Source of the DNA: Malacoraja senta
Taxonomy: Eukaryota
DNA: 64,000 nt
Direction: 5' to 3'
NCBI GenBank assembly: GCA_038087875.1
Contig: CM075996.1
Coordinates: forward strand, 4,714,001 to 4,778,000
In this document: positions 48,397 to 62,655 of the stretch, one piece after another
Numbering within the stretch: position 1 is the first letter of the stretch
Layout: the number at the start of each line of letters is the position of its first letter
The notes under the pieces: model-generated
The model's input: the letters and a program-made list of their open reading frames with translations, nothing else
Databases searched by the model: none
What the model was told of the DNA's origin: nothing
Translations under genes and position numbers: made by a program

Positions 48397-49569
48397 CCTC
48401 AGTGGCTGGTTTTGAGATCAATATATATTAAAGACCATAAATTATTTTTCACCATAAATTACTGATTACTAATACATAACCTTGAAAAGTCATGTTTAAT
48501 TGATTCACCTGAAAAATAATTGCTGTGCAATACAGTATTTATGAAAAATAATTGTATTGTATAAAATACATCCTATTGAAATAGGGCAATGATTTTAGAC
48601 CAATCTATTTGTGAAGGTACAGTTATGATGCTAAATTCTCAAAGGTATGTCTCACACCAAGTTAAGTGGTGTAAAAGTAATTGAGAATGGGGCTAAGGAT
48701 GAGAGCTTGAGTCAGAGGTGAAAGAACAGGGAAATTCATTTTATTATAATATTTCATATAATTTGTAATGTGATGCATTCCAGAATTTAAATGATCAAAG
48801 AAACAACTGGCAGTTAACTATCAGCAATCAATTTAACTAATAGTTTACCACATCCACAACTATTACAACCCTGAATCTCAGAGCACTAACATCTGTGGGG
48901 ACCTGCTCCTTCTGTGCTTCTGCAAGCAGAATGCACCATCTGGAGATCATAAATCCTGTTAGGTTGTGGATGAAAGACAGAGGATGACTGAGACAGTGGA
49001 GTTCCTCAGAGTAGTCAACATATATATTGTCAATTCTATCAATTTTCTTTTGTGAGGCAGCAGGGCATTTGTCCTATAGGCAACAGAGGAGATGCATTCT
49101 GCCTGAAAAGCACCAATCCATCCCGTCCATCAGCTTATCTGTGTAAAATGGAATGCATTTAATATTTAGACTAAGCAAAATGGAGCTATGAACTTGGAGG
49201 AAGTCTACAATGTCTGGTAGCATTGTTTTCTCTTACAAGTGCCTGGCCTCAGTTTCCTTGGAGGTGACCGCACTGTCTTTGATAGATTATAGAATTGAGA
49301 ATTCCACCACTATTACCTCACCTAGGATAGATGAGGATATCTCCATTCTCCCTGCCATAATGGACAGTACCTCACTTCCTCCATCCGCACCATTGCTTCT
49401 ACTATTCTCTTTGCTGTATCCATGGATTTATATCTCTGGTCTGCTGAGTTTCTGACTTGCATTCTCCACAAATTCCCTGCCACTTCTGTCTCTCGTTTTC
49501 ACTGCTGTGAAACTCATCATTTGCATGTATCCAGCTGAATAACAGGCCCACTCACTCTGTTGGTGACAC

Positions 49570-50258
49570 CTACAGGCTTTAAATTCCTGGGAATAAACAT
49601 CTCCCAGGACCTCAAATGGCAAATGAACACCGTCACTCTCGTGAAGAAGTCACAGCAGCGGCTGTATTTCCTGAGGTCTCTGCGGAGAGCAAACGTCTCA
49701 CAGCCGCTGCTGCTGTCCTTCAACCGATGCGCCGTGGAAAGTATCCTCTCCTATGGCATCCTGGTGTGGTTTGCTAGCTGCACTGTGGCTGAGAGGAGGG
49801 CGCTGCAGAGAGTTATAAAAACTGCACAGAGCATCACAAACGCTCAACTGCCCTCCATGGATGATATATATATAGGGCCCGATGCTGGCGCCGGGCCATA
49901 AACATCAAGCAGGACACATCCCACCCTGCCAACCACCTTTTCACTCTGCTACCCTCTGGGAGGCGATTCGGGTCTCTGAAGGTTCGCACCGGTAGACTAA
50001 AAAATAGTTTCTACCCATGTGCGATAAAAGAACTTAATTCCAACAGAGAACACTGGGGAAGCAAAATGTAATCCCAAGAAATGCAACATTCTTTTAAAAT
50101 TATTTTTAAATACTTATTTATTATTTTTACTAATAAGTGTACGTATGTGTCAATGGTTGTCGTGTTTGTACTTTTTAACCGGAGGAGATGCAATGGAATT
50201 TCGTTGCACAGTATTGTGCAATGACAATAAACGTACTCATTCATTCATTCATTCATTC
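49570..50258 (+). mobile_element. Rex1/Babar-like LINE 3' fragment (another subfamily)
   Basis: FKFLGINISQDLKW..KKSQQRLYFLRSLRR..VESILSYGILVWF. AATAAA then (CATT)n tail. Confidence 0.85.
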
Positions 50259-50910
50259 AATGCGTTGAGAGTGAACTGGTACTTTTAGGAAGATTACTAC
50301 TTTAAGCAGAGACCCTTGTACTTTCAGAGGGCCAAAGACAAAAGAAGAAAGGGTTAATATTTGGGTCTTGGGGGTTATCAGAGTGCACAAGAGGCAACTA
50401 ACAAATTGAGTGATGTTAAAATATCTGGTGTGTTTGACAGTTAAAGTTTTTACTTTGCCAATGTTCAACACCTGGTCGATTGCTGATCTCCAAGGTTTTC
50501 CCTCATTTAATCACCCTTGTACAAAACGAAAATGGGCACCTTTTGCTGATATACAATAATCCCATTTGTCCACAATAGGTCAAATTGACTCCACCATCTG
50601 TCTCCACCACCTCTTTTGGTTCCAATAATCTGTATTTAAAAAAAACTTTCCCCACAAATCCCTTTTAAAATGCCTTCTTATCACCTTAAACCTATGTCCT
50701 CTTGTTTTTGATACTCCTACAATGGGAAAGATATTCTATCTATCCTATCAATGTCCCTTAGAATTTTATTTATGTTTATCCGTCAACCTCTGCACACCTC
50801 AGGCCCATCCCGGGAAAACAAGCCCCACAGATCCAAACTCACTCCATAACTAAAATCCTACAATCCGGCAACATTCTGTGAATCTACTTTACACTCTCTC
50901 AAACAACTTA

Positions 50911-51133
50911 AGGGCCCATCCCACTTTCACGACCTAATTCTCTGCCGAGTTTGCCCTTGACTCATACTCGCAGCATGGTCGTCACGAGGTCGTAGGTAGG
51001 TCGTAGCAGGCCGTGATGCTAGTCGTAGGTACTCGTGGCATCAAGTAGGTCGGGGCGTTTTTTTTTAGCATGATGAAGAATGTCCACGAGTAAAAAAGGT
51101 CGTGAATTAGGTCGTGAAAGTGGGACAGGCCCT
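50911..51133. mobile_element. PIF/Harbinger-type MITE
   Basis: About 30-bp TIR AGGGCC(CA/TG)TCCCACTTTCACGACCTAATTC. 3-bp TTA TSD at 50908-50910 and 51134-51136. Confidence 0.85.
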
Positions 51134-52344
51134 TTACATCTTTCTTATAGTGTGCTGACCAGAACTGCCTGCAATATTTTGTGTAGTGTAACCAGTGTTT
51201 TGCAAAATTGCAACATGACATCCAAACTTTTACATTCCAAACCCTGTCCTATGCAGTATGCTCCCATGTGATCTCTGCGTCGAGCTCCCATGTGGTGTCA
51301 ACGTCAAAGCTCCCCCGTGGTCTCCGCATTGAATAGTAAAATTATACCTGTGTAGTAGCACGTCCGATTCAAACTTGTGTAACATCCGACTTACACAAGG
51401 GTCTGTGGGACGTAGCCCTTATGTGAGTCTGGGAGTGTCCGTAGTGCAAGCACTGAAATTTGAGAATCTGGCAGATGTAAGTGAGGTGGAGATTGTGAAG
51501 ATTGGCTACAATATGCATTAAGGCATGCTGGAAGGAAAGGAAAAACCTGCAGGCAATGGGAATCTGAAATATAAATGTATGCTATGCACATTGTAAGCTT
51601 TTGCCTGGAAGTAATCAGAAGGTCAGGCAACACCAGTGGACACATAGACAATGTTAATGTTTAAGGAAAAAAACCTTTTAATCAGAAATGCTGTCTCCGT
51701 GCCTCATTCACAAGTGCTGCCTGATTAGCATTTTTGGTTTGTGTGACTGAGTGGACATGCAGCTTGAGGAAGGCAGAGGAGAGGAGAGCATGGGGTTATT
51801 TGCACCCATGAGAAGAGCACATGGGAAGTGGCTTTGAGAAAGAAGAGAGGCTATGTTGAATGAGGGAGTGGAAGGAAGGGCTTTGCAGGAAATGAAATAA
51901 AGTTAAACATGCCCTAACTTTTCTGACCTGTTAAGTTAGATTAACCATTTCCTGCTCTAAATCCAGTTTCCAGGCATAATTTTCCTATCACTAACATGCT
52001 CAACCATCTCAATACAGATCCTCATGATGGGTGTAACATACTTCCTTTCCCTTCTTTTGATGAACAACACATTCCTTCTGGCCTCACTGCACCCACCATT
52101 GCTTCTCAGGGTCATCTTCCTTCCCTTGCTCACGCATCCCAATAAGTGTCAATAATTATTTCATGATTAAAACATATTTTCTTTAGCCTCCATTGTGGAG
52201 CTGAATTTCTAATAAGAAAGCAGGAAGCTTTATTAAACCGGCAGCCAGTTGCTAAATTAGGGCAAAATCTTATTTGGCTTGACTGCAGATTAATCAGGTA
52301 CTCAGACGTTGCACACCTTTTGCTTTATCTCTCAGTCTCCATTT

Positions 52345-54385
52345 CAAGGGACAGTATCCATTGACATCTACCACTGACTCCTGTAACTACATTGACTACA
52401 CATCCTCCAACTCAGTCTCTAGCAATTATATCATTCCTTTCCTGCAAGGACATTGTTTCTTTCTTGTAGTTTCTCCATCTCTGCTACATCTGCTGTAGAG
52501 ATGTGGCTTTCTACTCTAGGCCATCTGAGATGTTTTCTTTTTCAATTAACATGGTTTCTCCCTCCCCCCCCCCCAACACCCTACAACAATTGTGGATTTA
52601 ACCCTCACCTGTGTCTCCTCCGTTTCCTGCTATTCTGCTCTTACCCCCTCCCTCCTAGATAGATTTGAGATAAATCAAGTCAAGTCAAGTCAACTTTATT
52701 TGTCACATACACAGACAAGATGTGCAGTGAAATGAAAGTGGCAATGCCTGCGGATTGTGCAAAAACTACAAAACAGAATAGAACAGAATCAGTATTTACA
52801 TTTACATTTTAGAGACACAACACAACAGTAAATTAGTACAGTAAATTAGTCCCTGGTGAGATAAGAGTTTACAGTCCTGACGGCCTGTGGGAAGAAACTC
52901 CGTCTCATCCTCTCTGTTTTCACAGCATGACAGCGGAGGCGTTTGCAGTTGGAACAGTCTGTTGCTGGGGTGGTAGGGGTCCCCCATAATGTTGATGGCT
53001 CTGGATCTGCACCTCCTGGTGTATAGGTCCTGCAGGGGGGCGAGTGTAGTTCCCATAGTGCGTTCGGCCGAACACACTACTCTCTGCAGAGCCTTCCTGT
53101 CCTGGGCAGAGCTGTTCCCAAACCAGTTTGTGATGTTGCCAGACAAGATGCTTTCTACAGCCCCAGAGTAGAAGCACTGAAGGATCCTCAGAGAGACTCT
53201 GAATTTCCTCAGCTGCCTGAGGTGGTAAAGGCGCTGCCTTGCCTTACTCACCAGTGCGGCAGTGTGTGTTGTCCATGTCAGATCCTCTGTGATGTGGACT
53301 CCCAGGTATTTAAAGCAGCTCACCCTATCCACAGTAGTCCCATTTATCTCCAGTTGCGTGTACGTCCTCTTATGTTTTCCCTGGTCCTCGCGTTTCACCC
53401 TACCAGCTTCCACATTCAAAACATCAATCTCTGCTAATTCCTTCACATACAATCTTTCGCCGCCACATGTCAGACCACCTATCCCCACCCCTTTCTGCTT
53501 TCCGCAGAGACCTCTATCTCTGCAACACCTTTGTTTACTCATGCATCCCTCTCACAGCCACTTTCCACTGCAACTGCAAATGATGCAACACCTTCTCTCT
53601 CACCTCCATTCAGGGACCCGAATAGCCCCTACCAGGTGAGATAGTATTTACGTCAACCTTCTTCACCCTCATTTGCATTTAGTGGCCTGATGTACATCAG
53701 CGAGACCAAGCAACTGTAGACCAGAAGACTAGGCAACTGCTTCACTGAACACTTGCGCTCTGCTGGGCCTCCCAGTTCCTAGCCATTTAAATTCCTCTTC
53801 CCATTCCCATTCCGACCTGTCTGTGCTTGGCCTCTTCCACTGCCAGAGTGAGGCCACACACAAAATGGAAGAACAGCACCTCATCCCACCCCACCCCACC
53901 CCACAACTTAGGTAGCCTACAACTCAAAGGCATGAACATTGAATTCTCCAGTTTCAGGTAAACCCCCTCCTTCTCTACCTCTTCTTGTCCCATTTCTTTT
54001 CCCATCTCCATCTACTTATCACCCACCCCTCCTTACTCCAGATCACTATTTATCTCTCATCACCCACTATTCCTTTCTCTGGTTCTATATTTCACTCCCG
54101 TCTTCAATCCTTACTAGACTCCACATCTTTTCTTTCCAGTTCACCTCCAGCCTTGCTTACTATCTCCAATTATCCTTACTCACCTGAATCCACCTATCAC
54201 TTACATCTTTCCCCAACCCTTCCCCTCACCTCTCTTTAACAGCTTGCTCCCATTTATTCCTTCAGTCGGAAAAAGTGCCCTGGCCTGAAATCTGACTGTT
54301 TCCCTCCACAGATGCTGCTTGGCCTGCTGAGTTCCTCCTGCACTTTGTTTTTTGTTCAAGATCTTAGCATCTCCAGTCTCTTCTG
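52345..54385 (+). mobile_element. Degraded Penelope-like element (RT end, GIY-YIG, 3' UTR), split by a Rex1 insertion
   Basis: Remnants resembling DIY..TDS.NYIDYTSS at 52360-52410, MYISETK..LGNCFTEHLR..HSHSDLSVLGLFHCQSEA at 53685-53880, and a degenerate hammerhead-like core at 54263-54298. Confidence 0.65.
52676..53372 (-). mobile_element. Rex1/Babar-like LINE 3' fragment
   Basis: LEINGTTVDRVSCFKYLGVHITEDLTW..KARQRLYHLRQLRKF. (TTGAC)n tail. Confidence 0.88.
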
Positions 54386-57300
54386 ATGCAATTTCAAGTC
54401 AAGTCAAGTGAGTTTATTGTCATGTGTCCCTGGTAGGACAATGAAATTCTTGCTTTGCTTGAGTAACAGACTCAATTTTCCTATGTCTGTTACTATTGGC
54501 CTTCACACTGATACCAATGTTAGTTCAAACATGATTTGGGTAAATTCTTTTTAGGTAGGTTGTCTTTTTTTCTCCTCTACGAAGATCACAACCTTAAGGG
54601 CAAGCAGCCAACCTACTACCATCCCTGGGAATGCAGCAGTATAAAAAAAGATCTGGAAACTCAGGGAAGACAGTGCCATGTGCACTTCTTTCTGACCTTT
54701 CTCTCCTTAATGCGTTTCATTGACAGAACTTTGGGATCATTGTAAATGAAGAATGCACCATAGATTCACAACCTAACCTCTGAGTGACAACTGACGGAGC
54801 CAGAATACTCCCCTTCACACTTTAATAGCTTCTCTCAAGAGGCAGTAATGCATGACTGTTTTACAGTGACATGAGATTATCACGGTAGCATGTGACAGGC
54901 AAACTGCAATTAATTTTAATTGCACCAGAAGAGATTAGGAGAGATTCAATGATCATATTATTCTTATTCTTAGGATCTGTGTACTGGGCGAGTCACATCT
55001 AATCACTTTTGTGTACTTTCGCCTTTTCAAGTACTGATATTATTGCATCTATACTGTCAGGTTTATTATATTATCAAAAACAAACTTGTATTAAATAATT
55101 AAGATCAGTTTGCACATGTATATTGATCAATAATGATTGCTGTTTATGTGGGCAGTAGTGATATGTTACATTAATATGACTATTCCGCCAAGCCTAATCA
55201 CTCACATGATTCCAACATTAACATGACAAGTAGATTACCTAGTCATAACCTTCTGCAGCTCTTAAATTTAAACAATTACTTATTTGCCTGTCACACAGAT
55301 GTAGATCAGGATGGTGTACAGTGGTGTAAAATGAATGATAGCAATTGGACAATTATCAACAGAAAGAAAAATCAGCAATCATGCAAAATGGGCTACTGAC
55401 TCAATATCATCTATTTTCCATCATTACATAAAGCAATAATCTGTTCCATGAACCAGAGTGTTTCTCTCCCAGTTGACTTTTACATATGCCAAGAAAGTGG
55501 ATAGCTTCTGTTCCTTTTTTCAGCACTGCACAATTGAAAATTTTGGTCTGATGCAGAGAATCAAGAAAATACAGTTAATTCTTGAGAAGTTTGGGAAATT
55601 CAGCAAGTCACTTCTGGTTGCAATGTGTACTGGCATTCATCACAAGTCTGGCACGTTCACAGTGTGATACAACTCTTTCTTCAGTGCTCATGTACAATGT
55701 TGCCAAGATAAACTGAGTTTGCACAAATCATTGGTCATTCAGATAACAACATACTTTCATAGTGCATTATTTCCCAAGAAATTTAAATATGCACTTACTG
55801 CAGACCACTACGATCTGTTGGAGAACTCTCTGGGATTGCATATATATTTGGAAGGCTGTTCCTGCTACTCGTGGTAACTTTGGACAAGGTGTTTTCCATT
55901 TAAATATTTATCACCTTCTAACCATTTGGTGAATCAGCATTGGTCCTGGTGAATGAACTGGATGTTTCCAGATAGTTATCAGTTGCAGACTCAGTTCTTA
56001 GTTCTAGCTCCAAAAAATGTTCTAGCTCCAAAAGCTTCAAATTAATGTTGTCAAGAGTCGTGAACTTCTGTGGTCAGAGCTGTGACCTTGTGTGGACTGA
56101 TCTACTGCAGTCACTTTCACCCTGAGCTTCGCAACAGTGGCTATCTCAATCACAGTTTGCTGCTCAACCAGCAATGTGGAGTGTGTTGATCACTATATAA
56201 AGAAATGGGATTCTGACTATATTACCTGATATGGATGAGCATCCAAGTTGGATGAGCATGTAGATTTGCAAAGATTATAGGCTTCCCAACGGTTCAAGGG
56301 GGTGATATACTTCTCGCTCACCAGTAGATCCCAGAGCTTTTCATGAATAACAATAGAAATCCCTCCTTAAATGTACATGGCCCTATCCATGAGAAACCTT
56401 TCATAGTCACTGATGTGTAGCCAGGGAGTTTGCAGGACTCATTTATTTTTATTTATTGTGTTGCCGTATTTCAGCAACCACTCTGCCCCAATGGCTGGAT
56501 ATGCAAATATAAGGATAATAATTTCCACAACTTCCAAAGTCGTAGTGCGAGACCTGTCATGTGCAACCAGAAGGGATTAAATTAGATTGACATCATGCTC
56601 ATGGCAGACATGTGGGCTGTAACTACGCTGTACTGAGCACAATTACAGTATAATGATAGCTTTGGGACCACGAGGATGGAAGAAAGAATGCTGCCATTGT
56701 CCTCAAGTGGCACTTGATGTCAATGCAGCCTTCCTGCCTGACCCTCATACCCTTGATCCCTTGGATGTACTTAATGACACAACAACATTCCTTTGTGCTT
56801 GTCCTAGCATGGAAGACAGAGAGGAAAATTAATGACGAGATGCTTTTTCTCCCATGTTCTTTACTGTAAACTGCCCACATCTGCTGATAGTGGGTATGTG
56901 CAAATTCCTGAGTGGATTAGGCTAAAGCTTGCTCTGCCATCATCTTCATTTGATCCTTCAAAAGCCATTGGACCTCTTATATTTAAAGCCGCTGTTTTAA
57001 GCACCTAATTGTTTTTGTCTAAATAAACTGGTCGAAATTAAATTGGGCACCGTAGAGCCCGTGTTAATTCTTCAATTACTTTGTTCAAATTTCTCATGTA
57101 CGTTTTAATACAATGTGCTATCTACCACATTGGTAAAAGTAGTAGGAAGGCAATAGCGCTTGTGACACTTGCAAACACAATGTTACGCAGATTGTTCTGT
57201 TAATCCTCGTATATTGATGATGTTGTAACAGCATTGCCAAATTGGGCCACGATGATCCTGCTGAACTCATACCTATTAAGCACAGATAGGACTCAGTGGT

Positions 57301-58589
57301 GAACAGCAGGAAGATACCACCCCCTCCACCCACCTGTGCTATTTAAAAGAATCTTGAATTACTTGCATTTTTTTGTTTGATTGATTGAAAGGATAATGTG
57401 TCTTGTGTAAATCTGCTGGAGTTTTGTATGGTATATCATTGGTGTTTGAGAAATCATAGGACTGTACTGTACTTTAAGGTACAGTTAACAAGATGCAACC
57501 ATACATAGGGACTTTGACTATATCTCTAAACTCACAGCATGACAGGGACGAGAAAGAAAGGTCCCATTACGTATGGCTGCCTGTCACGTGGAAATGGAGA
57601 AAAACCATGAGCAGGAAGCACTAACCACAGCTGCTTTCCAGGATTTCTCCTCTATTAACTTGACCAAGAAGAAATACTTAAGGAGACATCTTTCTGAAGA
57701 AGGTCCTCCCAAGTCTCTACTCCATGCTGCATGCTCATCTACAGCTGCATAACCTTGTCAATAGGAAAGAACAAAATTGATGTGCTGGTTTTGGAGGCAC
57801 TGATCCAACTTTGCAAGTTGTAGCACACTTCCACCGGGGGGAGTAATCATGTCTCCATACTCAAGCTGAAATAATGTCATCTGTGCAAAAAAAAAGAAGC
57901 CAAAGAAAATGCAGGGATTTATGAGGATTCCCACTATTAATTGCTGATAGCGTGCCTTAAGAGTGAATGATATCAATGGTTGTGGTGCCATCTGAAAGTG
58001 ATTAATAATATGTCCACAGGAAGTGTGAAAGAGAATTAATGACTTAATTCCACAAATCCACACATCTTTGGGATATGGGAGGAAACCGGAGCATCTGGAG
58101 GAAACCCGCATGGACACAGGGAGAATGTACAAAGCACACATACAACACCCGAGGTGTTGAATGGAGGTGTTCCACAAAGCTTTCACCCGAATAGCTTTTT
58201 GATTTTGCCAGTACAGAGGAGACCACATCATGACCACTGAATGCAATACACCACATAAGTACTGGTTTCCTCCTTTGTCATTTCACTATCTCTAGAAAAG
58301 AATTCTGAACCCATTATCCATGTTCTCCAGACCTGCATCAGAAATTTGGGAAGCAGTCAGAATTGTTTCTGGTGAGTCCCTGCAAGGGAGAGGGACTTTC
58401 CATTATGTGAACGACACTGTATGTGTGTGAGGGCAGGGTTGTCGTTAAAACAAACTCCAGCAACAATATTAGTGGAATATTTTTTTACAGCCGCATTATC
58501 AGATGTAAAAAAAAAAAAACCTCCGAATGTCTTATGAAATATAATAACGTTTTTCAAATTGCTGATGAATTATCAAAATCATTAGAGCA

Positions 58590-58790
58590 GGACGGTGGTG
58601 CAGTTGGTAGAGATGCTACCTCATAGCGCCAAAGACCCGGGTTCCATCCTGATCCTGGCCTTGACAAATTGCCCTAGTGTGTTGGGAGTGGATGAATTCA
58701 TGGGATAACACTGAGCTAGTGGGAAAGGATGACCAATGGTCGGTATGAACTCAGTGGGTTAAAAGTCCTGTTTCCATGTTGTATCTCTGA
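58590..58790 (+). mobile_element. V-SINE, internally deleted
   Basis: GGTGGTGCAGTTGGTAGA..GGGTTCCATCC head plus CR1-type tail. Confidence 0.65.
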
Positions 58791-60147
58791 ACATTAAAAT
58801 CTTTGATAAACACTTCAAAACACAAAAATATTCAAAATATTTGAATGAACATTAAAAAAAAAAAAATGTTCCAAACCATTAGAATCATAGAGTTGTAGAA
58901 CTATACAGCGTGGAAACAGACCCTTTGGCCCAAGTTGTCCATGCAAACCAAGTTGGCATTTTGTGCTCGTCCCATTTGTCAGCATCCATGTAAACCTTTC
59001 TAAGCCATATATCTTTCCAAATGTATTTTGAAACTCATATCTACTTCTATTGCTGCTTCTAGCAGCTTACACCAAATACAGATTACCCTCTGAGAGAAAA
59101 AAGTTGCCCCTGAGGTTCCTCATCTCACCAATCATCAACCCGATGAAAAATGTGAGTGTTCACTAAATCCATGCTCCTGATGATTTTGTATACCTTAGTA
59201 AACTCACCCTCCGACTCCTAGGCTCAAAATAAAAAGTCCCGGCCTCTCCCTAACTGAAGCATGCAAATCCAGGTAATATCCAGGTGAATCTTTACTGCGC
59301 CCTTTCTAACTTAAAAGCATCATTAACACTTATATTTAGTTGGTTGCTGTCTATTGAAAGCAGTGAAGCGGAGATCTCTCTAAGACAGATCTAACTTGGC
59401 ATAGTCTGTTCATGTAGATTCCTGGTGAGAATCTCTGCAGCTTTGTGCTTCATGCTGGAGACTATGAGGAATCTTGCATTAGAGTATAGTCAAGGAAACA
59501 ATGGCAAACAGCTGTCAACGAGTTTAAGAATGCTGCATTCATATACGTGCAGTAATTGCAAACTTACTGCCATTTATGTGACAAATTCTGTAAATTATAT
59601 ACGAAACTGTCAGCATTTGACTTCAAAATGCAGCACAATATCTCTCATGTTTACCTGATATGAGAATGTAATAAAAGAATGCAAGCTTTGCAGCCAGCTC
59701 TTAAAGGAACATACCATTACACCAAGTGTGGGGTGTGCTGCCAAAGAGCTCAGTTATTTGGGCAAGAAAAGATCCTTTACCATAGTTTACTTTTTCACTT
59801 CAGACCTGTATTGCTCCAATCTCACTTTGTAAGCATTAAGCATACATACTATTTTTTTTTAAATCATTTCTATGCAGCAAAAAGCACCCATGCATAAAGA
59901 ATCTTATTTAGACAGAGGTAATTAACATGCATTTGGAAGAGCCAATTGTATATTTAATTTTTTGTTACAATCTCCTGGGCGTGATCAGATATATCTGAGG
60001 ACAATACAAGAGACCAAGCGTAACAGGCCAGCTAAGCCGACCCATCTAGCAGTGTTCAATAGCAATCTTCAAGGAAACAATTTATAGTTGTCGGTTGAAA
60101 GGTCTGTATCCATGGGGGGAAAAGGCAGTTTGATACTTTTATCACAT

Positions 60148-61045
60148 TTCAAAGGGTTCAAAGGGTATTTTATTGTCATGTATATCAATTAAGGTACAGT
60201 GAAACTCGATTTACCATACGGCCATACTATAAAAAGCTACAAAACACACAACTACATAAAAGTTAACATGGGGTCAAGGAAAGAGCGTTCACGTCGCGGC
60301 TCTGTTTTCACCAATCTTTCCACCACCACGCACAAGAAGCACAAGAAGCGCAAGACAGACACCATTGTATGCAGATGCCGAGAAGTGTGTTCAGCTCTGG
60401 CTTCTAATCTTGTGTGTGGACTCGATAAGAAGAAGAAAGTTAACATAAACATCCACCATAGCAGATTCCCCACATTCCTCACTGCGATGGAAGGCAATAA
60501 AGTCTAATCTTCTTCACTCTTTATTCTCCCGCGGACGGGGCAGTCGAACAATCCACAGTCGGGGTGATCAAAGCTCTCACAGCCGCCGATTGAAGTGGGG
60601 CGGTCGAAGCTCTCGCGATCGGTGCGGTCAAAGCTCCTGCGGCTTGGAGCTCCCGAAGTCGGTCCCTAACCAAGGGGACCGTGAGCTCCACAATGTTAAA
60701 GTTCGCACGCTCCCGCGGTTGGAGCTCCAAGGTCGATCCCCGACAAGGACCACCAGCTCCACGATGTTAAGTCCTGCAGGTTCTCACGGTTAGAACTCCC
60801 AAAGTCGATCCCCAGCAAGAGGCCGCCAGCTCCTCGATGTTAGGTCGCAGCGCGGACGGAGATACGATACGGAGAAAAATCACATCTCCATCTAGGTGAG
60901 AAATCAAAAAAAGTTGCCCACAAACCCCCCCACATTAAAAAAAGTGAAACAACACTAAAACATACATTTAACACATACTAAAAAACAACAAGAGAGAAAA
61001 GGACGAGACAGACTCTTGGCGAAGAAAACATTGCGGCACCACGCA
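60148..61045 (-). mobile_element. Non-autonomous retroposon with CpG-rich internal tandem units, plus a nested insert (60270-60435)
   Basis: Homologous to 23715-24600. Minus-strand AATAAA plus short-repeat tail at the left end. Nested insert has TSD aaagttaacat and an (AAG)n tail. Confidence 0.6.
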
Positions 61046-61424
61046 GTTGCCAGTTTATATCCAGAAAAATTAATTATTGTACATTTAATGATACTGTCTC
61101 TGAGAGGTTTTATTCAGGTCATTGACCTGAAGTATTTAAACTAATTTCTCTCTCAACAGATACTGGCAGATACACTGACTATTTCTGTCATGTTCAGTTT
61201 TTATTTCAGCCTCAAGTCTTTGCCTTATTTGGCCTTATTAATTGGTTTTAGTGATGTTGGGTACGGGAAAAATAATTGTCCGGGGCACTTTTAGTATGTT
61301 GGGATAAGTTAGAACACCTGAGGTGTTGCTTTAAAATCTGATACAAAAAGTATTGTAATCGCTACTTTATGTGATCACATCTCCAAAGGAAGGCTTTAAC
61401 TCTCAAACCTTTTATTCAGAGTTT

Positions 61425-61481
61425 ATTCCTTCGCTCCATAGATGCTGCTGCACCCGCTGAGTTTCTCCAGCACTTTTGTCT
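61425..61481 (+). mobile_element. Very short PLE-B arm insert with TSD
   Basis: accttttattcagagttt repeated at 61407-61424 and 61482-61499. Confidence 0.72.
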
Positions 61482-61889
61482 ACCTTTTATTCAGAGTTTG
61501 GCCACTAAGTATCATTTGATAACTGGAACAAAAAACACAAAATGCAGGGGGACCTCAGCAAGTCAATCCGCATCTTGGAGGCAAAAAGTGTAAGTCGATG
61601 TTTCAGGTCAAGACCCTGCATCAGGGCTGAGAGGGAAGAGGAAAGATTGCCTATATGTATTGTAGCAGGACATTTGGAGTGAGGGGGTCGGGGGGGGGGG
61701 GGGGGGTGCAGAGGAATGAGGGATGCAGGGGGATGGAGGCTGGTTGGTGATAGATGGAACCAGGTGGGGATAGGGGATGGGAAATGTGAACAAATGTGAA
61801 CAGCCTGACTTCAGTGGTTGGTAAAAGTTTAGAGTCCATTATAAATGATACGGTTATGAAGTACTTGAAGTTCACGATAAAATAGGTTG

Positions 61890-62400
61890 AAGTCAGCACA
61901 GTTTTATGAAGGGGAGATCTTGCCTGACGAATCTGCTGGAATTCTTTGAGGAAGTAAATAGCAGGACAGACAAAGGAGAGTCAGTCGATGTTGTTTACCT
62001 AGATTTTCAGAAAGCTTTTGATAAGGTACTGCATGTGAGGCTGTTAAAGAAGATGAGAGCCATTGGTATCAAAGGAAAGATATTAGCTTGGATAGCAGAT
62101 TGGCTGGATGGCAGAAGGTAAAGAGTGGCAATAGAGGGGGCTTTTTCTGGTTAGCTGCCAGTGACTAGCAGAGTTCTGCAGGGGTCGGTGCTAGGGCCAC
62201 TACTCTTCACATTATATATTAATGATTTGGATGAGGGGATTTGTGGCCAAGTTTGTAGGTGATACGAAGATAGGTGGAGTGGCAGGTAGTGTAGGGAAAG
62301 CAGGGACTTAGGGTTAGGAGGGAGAGATAGTTCAGCCATGATTGAATGGCGGAGTAGACTTGATGGGCCAAATGGCCTAATTCTATTCCTATCACTTATG
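61890..62400 (+). mobile_element. CR1 LINE RT fragment joined to its 3' tail
   Basis: GRSCLTNLLEFFEEV..VDVVYLDFQKAFDKV, then [17 protein letters not shown]. Confidence 0.88.
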
Positions 62401-62439
62401 AACAAATGGAGAAAAATACTAGTTGGACAAGTATGTGAG

Positions 62440-62655
62440 GGAGGAGAACACAGGGGACATTATAAATAATGCAAGCGGAATATAAGATGCTGTTCTTCCA
62501 ATTTGCATTTGGCCTCACCATAGCAATGGAGAAGGCAGAGGACAGACAAGTCAGTGTGGGAATGGAAAGGTGAATTAAAATGACATGCAACCGGAGGCTG
62601 GAGATGGCTGTAGCGGACAGTGTGCAAACGTTCTGTAGAACTGTTGCCTAGTCTG
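62440..62655 (-). mobile_element. Penelope-like GIY-YIG C-terminal fragment
   Basis: PPVACHFNSPFHSHTDLSVLCLLHCYGEAKCKLEEQHLIFRL. Confidence 0.72.

Noticed and set aside
54400..60100. Possible exons of another gene in the unique AT-rich region
   Set aside because: No ORF with recognisable homology or convincing paired splice sites was found by eye. Short exons cannot be excluded.
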